Notes under the pieces: model-generated
Told to the model about the DNA's origin: nothing
The model's database searches: none
Seen by the model: only the letters and a program-made list of their open reading frames with translations
Source: Methanobacterium sp.
GTDB lineage: Archaea; Methanobacteriota; Methanobacteria; Methanobacteriales; Methanobacteriaceae
DNA: 11,029 bases
Assembly: GCA_003166335.1 (NCBI GenBank)
Contig: PMWA01000034.1
Span: forward strand, 1-11,029
Direction of reading: 5' to 3'
Translations under genes and position numbers: made by a program
Shown here: piece by piece, positions 8,227 to 11,029 of the stretch
How the letters are laid out: every line of letters begins with the position of its first letter
How positions within the stretch are numbered: the first letter of the stretch is position 1

Positions 8227-8965
8227 TACTCATCTGCACACTAGTCCAGATGTGAAACCTCGCATCTTAAATGATATTCAGGCGGCTTTTATGGCTTCAA
8301 AGGAGAAAATGGGTGGCATTATTTTAAAATCTCATGTGGAATCTACTGCTGGTCGAGCTAGATTGGCTGAGATGCTAACCGGGATAAAGGTCATTGGGGG
8401 AGTAACATTGAATCATAGTGTTGGGGGATTGAATCCTGCAGCAGTTGAAGCTTCAGCTTTGATGGGTGGTAAAATGGTTTGGTTTCCCACTACTTCTCAT
8501 GGCAGGATGGATTTAGATTTAGAGCTGATTGAGGATATACTTCATATCATTGCCAAAAACAATCTGGTGTTAGGCACAGGTCATTTAAATCCTGCAGAAA
8601 TTTTTGAATTGTTAGATCTGGCTCATAGTATGGGAATCTGCAAAATACTAGTGAATCATCCCTTCACTCCCATAGTGGGAGCTAGTATTGATGAACAGAA
8701 AGAAATGGCCCGATATGCTTATATGGAGCATTGTTACGTGGCTTGTATGGATAAGCATGATAAAATAGATCCTGAGGTAATTTCACAGGGAATAAAGGAT
8801 GTAGGTTCAAATAAATGCGTAATGGCTACAGATTTCGGGCAATTACATAATCCTAATCCTGTAGTGGGTATGAAAATGTTTATAGATAAAATGATTGACT
8901 TGGAAATCTCACTAGATGATATAATTGTAATGTGTAAAACTAATCCTTTCAAATTGTTTTTTTAA
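8183..8965 (+). CDS. DUF6282-like amidohydrolase-superfamily (TIM-barrel, metal-dependent) protein
   Basis: [10 protein letters not shown] (HxH), LKSH, VWFPT, TGHL, VNHP and ATDFGQ. GGAGG at 8170-8174 precedes ATG 8183. Confidence 0.82.
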   Translation: MNRLKEKYPIEGFIDTHLHTSPDVKPRILNDIQAAFMASKEKMGGIILKSHVESTAGRARLAEMLTGIKVIGGVTLNHSVGGLNPAAVEASALMGGKMVWFPTTSHGRMDLDLELIEDILHIIAKNNLVLGTGHLNPAEIFELLDLAHSMGICKILVNHPFTPIVGASIDEQKEMARYAYMEHCYVACMDKHDKIDPEVISQGIKDVGSNKCVMATDFGQLHNPNPVVGMKMFIDKMIDLEISLDDIIVMCKTNPFKLFF

Positions 8966-8974
8966 AAAATGATT

Positions 8975-9000
8975 AATTTTTTTTTATCTTATTTTTTTTT
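8975..9000 (+). terminator. Oligo-T terminator candidate after the hydratase/DUF6282 pair
   Basis: Two runs of about 9 T within 35 bp of the stop codon. Confidence 0.45.
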
Positions 9001-9267
9001 AATTATAAAAAAATACTCTTTTAGTATTGTAAAAAAAAAACTTTTTATATATAATTTGTAAAAAATAAAGTACTAAAAATTAGGTCTAATTAAAGAATAA
9101 TCTTAAAAAAAATATTATTAAATTTTAATTTTTTATATGAATTAAATTTTTCAGCAATTATACTCATCCATAAAAATTCATAACTTTTAAATAGGTGAAA
9201 TAAATCTTATAAAAAATTAGACAGTGAATTATACTTTAGAATATGAGATGAAACGGTGAAAAATATT

Positions 9268-9603
9268 ATGAAAAACGATAAGAAATCTACAATTAATGAA
9301 GAACTCCTTTCTAGAATGGAACAATTCAAAGAGGCAATGAAGGATCAGGAAAAAAGAATAGAATTAGAGAATAATATATTGGGTTCAGAAGTGCTCATCA
9401 GATTTGAAATATTTCTTCCATCAAAAAGTCCTGTAAAATTTTCAGACGGTGTTTTTCTTTATATGAATGATTCTGGTGATATTGTGGATGCTGAATATTA
9501 TATAAGAGATGCGGATGATATTACGATAGTTGGCTTGGAAGCTGATGATTTCAAAGTTGTTAAAGAACTTTTTAAGGATTCTTTTTCACTAGAAATAGAA
9601 TAA
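9268..9603 (+). CDS. Acidic hypothetical protein
   Basis: Open frame of ~111 aa. GGTGA RBS at 9255-9259 fits ATG 9268. T-rich tract downstream. No recognised motif. Confidence 0.75.
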   Translation: MKNDKKSTINEELLSRMEQFKEAMKDQEKRIELENNILGSEVLIRFEIFLPSKSPVKFSDGVFLYMNDSGDIVDAEYYIRDADDITIVGLEADDFKVVKELFKDSFSLEIE

Positions 9604-9611
9604 AATTTCCT

Positions 9612-9646
9612 ATTTTTTTTTAATTTTCTCAAACTCTTTTTTTTTA
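9612..9646 (+). terminator. Oligo-T terminator candidate
   Basis: Two long T runs immediately after the stop at 9603. Confidence 0.45.
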
Positions 9647-9948
9647 ATTAATATAAAAATCAGATTTCATAAATTATTTAGATTAATTTATATGATAATC
9701 ATCTTCTGTTTTATAAATTCAATAAGTTTAAGCTAAAAATTGGGTTATTACTGCTTAAAATATTTTTGTAAAAAAAAGAAGAACACTAAATAAAAATCTT
9801 AATAAGATTTATCACTCTGCGTGTTTGTCAACAGTTATATAGGTCATGTTACACATAAAATAGTATTAATATTAAATAATGTAGAAAATTAGGCCTTATA
9901 AATCCCTTCTTAAATAACCCTGATTTAAAACTCAATAACTTCAAGATA

Positions 9949-9980
9949 CCTATAAATAATTGAAAAAAATTATTTATAGG
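9949..9980. repeat. Perfect 13-bp inverted repeat with a 6-nt spacer
   Basis: CCTATAAATAATT-GAAAAA-AATTATTTATAGG, read directly from the sequence. Confidence 0.85.
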
Positions 9981-10122
9981 GGTCATACAGTAATTCTGAG
10001 TCGACATTCCATTTACAAGATATTTTCTTTATAACATTTTTAGGCCAATGTTTTCATCATTATCACATCATATACTATTAGATAATTTACAACAATTGCA
10101 ACGATATATGGAGATTAAAAAA

Positions 10123-10629
10123 ATGCGTAGTTTTGAAAGATTGAGTTCTCTGAAGGATTATATACCGCTTAAAAGAGGCGAATCTGGAGGAAAGAATATT
10201 GGACTTTTAGTTGATGGGCCTAACATGTTAAGAAAAGAATTCAGCCTAAATCTTGATTTAGTAAGGAAGATAATATCAGAATATGGTAACATGAGAGTTG
10301 GTAAAGTTCTTTTAAACCAATACGCTTCAGATAAACTTATAGAGGCAATAGTTAATCAAGGATTCACCCCTATTGTGGTAGCTGGTGATACTGACGTTTA
10401 CATGGCAGTGGAAGCCATGGAATTAATATACAATCCTAATATTGATATCATTGCTCTTATGACCCGTGACGCTGATTTTTTACCCATAATTAATAAAGCA
10501 AAAGAAAATGGTAAAGAAACCATAGTTATAGGTGCCGAACCAGGATTCAGTGCTGCTTTACAAAATTCAGCCGATAATGCCATTATATTAAAGGCTGAAA
10601 ATAATAAAGAATCTAAAAAACATGATTAA
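10123..10629 (+). CDS. TIGR00288-family NYN domain protein (PIN-like fold)
   Basis: [34 protein letters not shown] and S.ALQNSAD motifs. GGAGA RBS precedes ATG 10123. Confidence 0.88.
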   Translation: MRSFERLSSLKDYIPLKRGESGGKNIGLLVDGPNMLRKEFSLNLDLVRKIISEYGNMRVGKVLLNQYASDKLIEAIVNQGFTPIVVAGDTDVYMAVEAMELIYNPNIDIIALMTRDADFLPIINKAKENGKETIVIGAEPGFSAALQNSADNAIILKAENNKESKKHD

Positions 10630-10688
10630 ACCAATTAGAAGAAAATAAATTAAATTTTAAAATTAATAGATAAGGACTTATAAAAATA

Positions 10689-11029
10689 ATGCTATTAAAC
10701 TCTAGCCTTCCTGAACTAAAAAGAAGAGAGACTGCATTAAACATAATTAATTCTAAGATCAAAGCACGGAATAGATCACACTTATATGATCTCACCGGTC
10801 TTTCTGGGGGATTCCCCATAAAAAAAGAAGATATTGATCTTCTAGAAACATATGCCGGATCAGCTATTTTTGAAGAAGAAATACAAATTCAGGGAAAGAA
10901 ACATTTAGGCGGGAAAAAAATTCTAGCTCTAAATAGGACTAGCTCTGGGATTTTAGCCTCTATACTGGCATTAGTAAAACCAAATGAAGAAGTGGTACAT
11001 TACCTGCCCCAATTACCATCTCATCCCTC
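10689..11029 (+). CDS. PLP-dependent enzyme, MJ0158/TIGR03576 (SelA-like) family, 3' truncated by the window edge
   Basis: Not in the ORF track. Manual translation: MLLNSSLPELKRRETALNII...LYDLTGLSGGF...LLETYAGSAIFEEE...HLGG..ILALNRTSSGILASILAL...HYLPQLPSHP, open to the end of the window. Confidence 0.82.
   Translation, partial: MLLNSSLPELKRRETALNIINSKIKARNRSHLYDLTGLSGGFPIKKEDIDLLETYAGSAIFEEEIQIQGKKHLGGKKILALNRTSSGILASILALVKPNEEVVHYLPQLPSHP

Noticed and set aside
8734..8952. 72-aa minus-strand ORF
   Set aside because: Antisense to DUF6282.
9077..9090. AATTAG-GT-CTAATT palindrome as a DtxR-type box
   Set aside because: Spacing does not fit the DtxR consensus, and the arms are short and AT-rich.
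10398..10819. Minus-strand ORFs 10398..10583 and 10613..10819
   Set aside because: Antisense to the NYN and MJ0158-like genes.

Overview
AT-rich window that looks like a methanogenic archaeon of the Methanobacteriaceae (Methanobacterium-like). This is inferred from the gene families (DUF2769, DUF5379, DUF2070, TIGR00288, MJ0158-type) and the GGAG/GGTGA ribosome-binding sites. The left ~4.5 kb appears accessory. It holds a frameshifted isocitrate lyase/PEP mutase-family gene on the minus strand, divergent from a co-directional thiol-redox cluster: Cys-rich DUF2769 protein, LMW-PTP-fold arsenate reductase, CGWC glutaredoxin, ferredoxin:thioredoxin-reductase/rubredoxin fusion and FMN-dependent alpha-hydroxy-acid dehydrogenase. 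A convergent small membrane protein follows. The FTR fusion appears damaged, with a probable 1-nt deletion near 2530 and a missing Fe-S Cys. After a 686-bp AT-rich spacer comes an intact, core-like block: DUF5379/EMC6-like protein, DUF2070, fumarate hydratase beta subunit, DUF6282 amidohydrolase, a hypothetical protein, a TIGR00288 NYN protein, and a MJ0158/TIGR03576 PLP enzyme that runs off the window and is absent from the ORF track. No RNA genes, CRISPR arrays or transposases were seen. Family calls come from motif recognition, not database searches.
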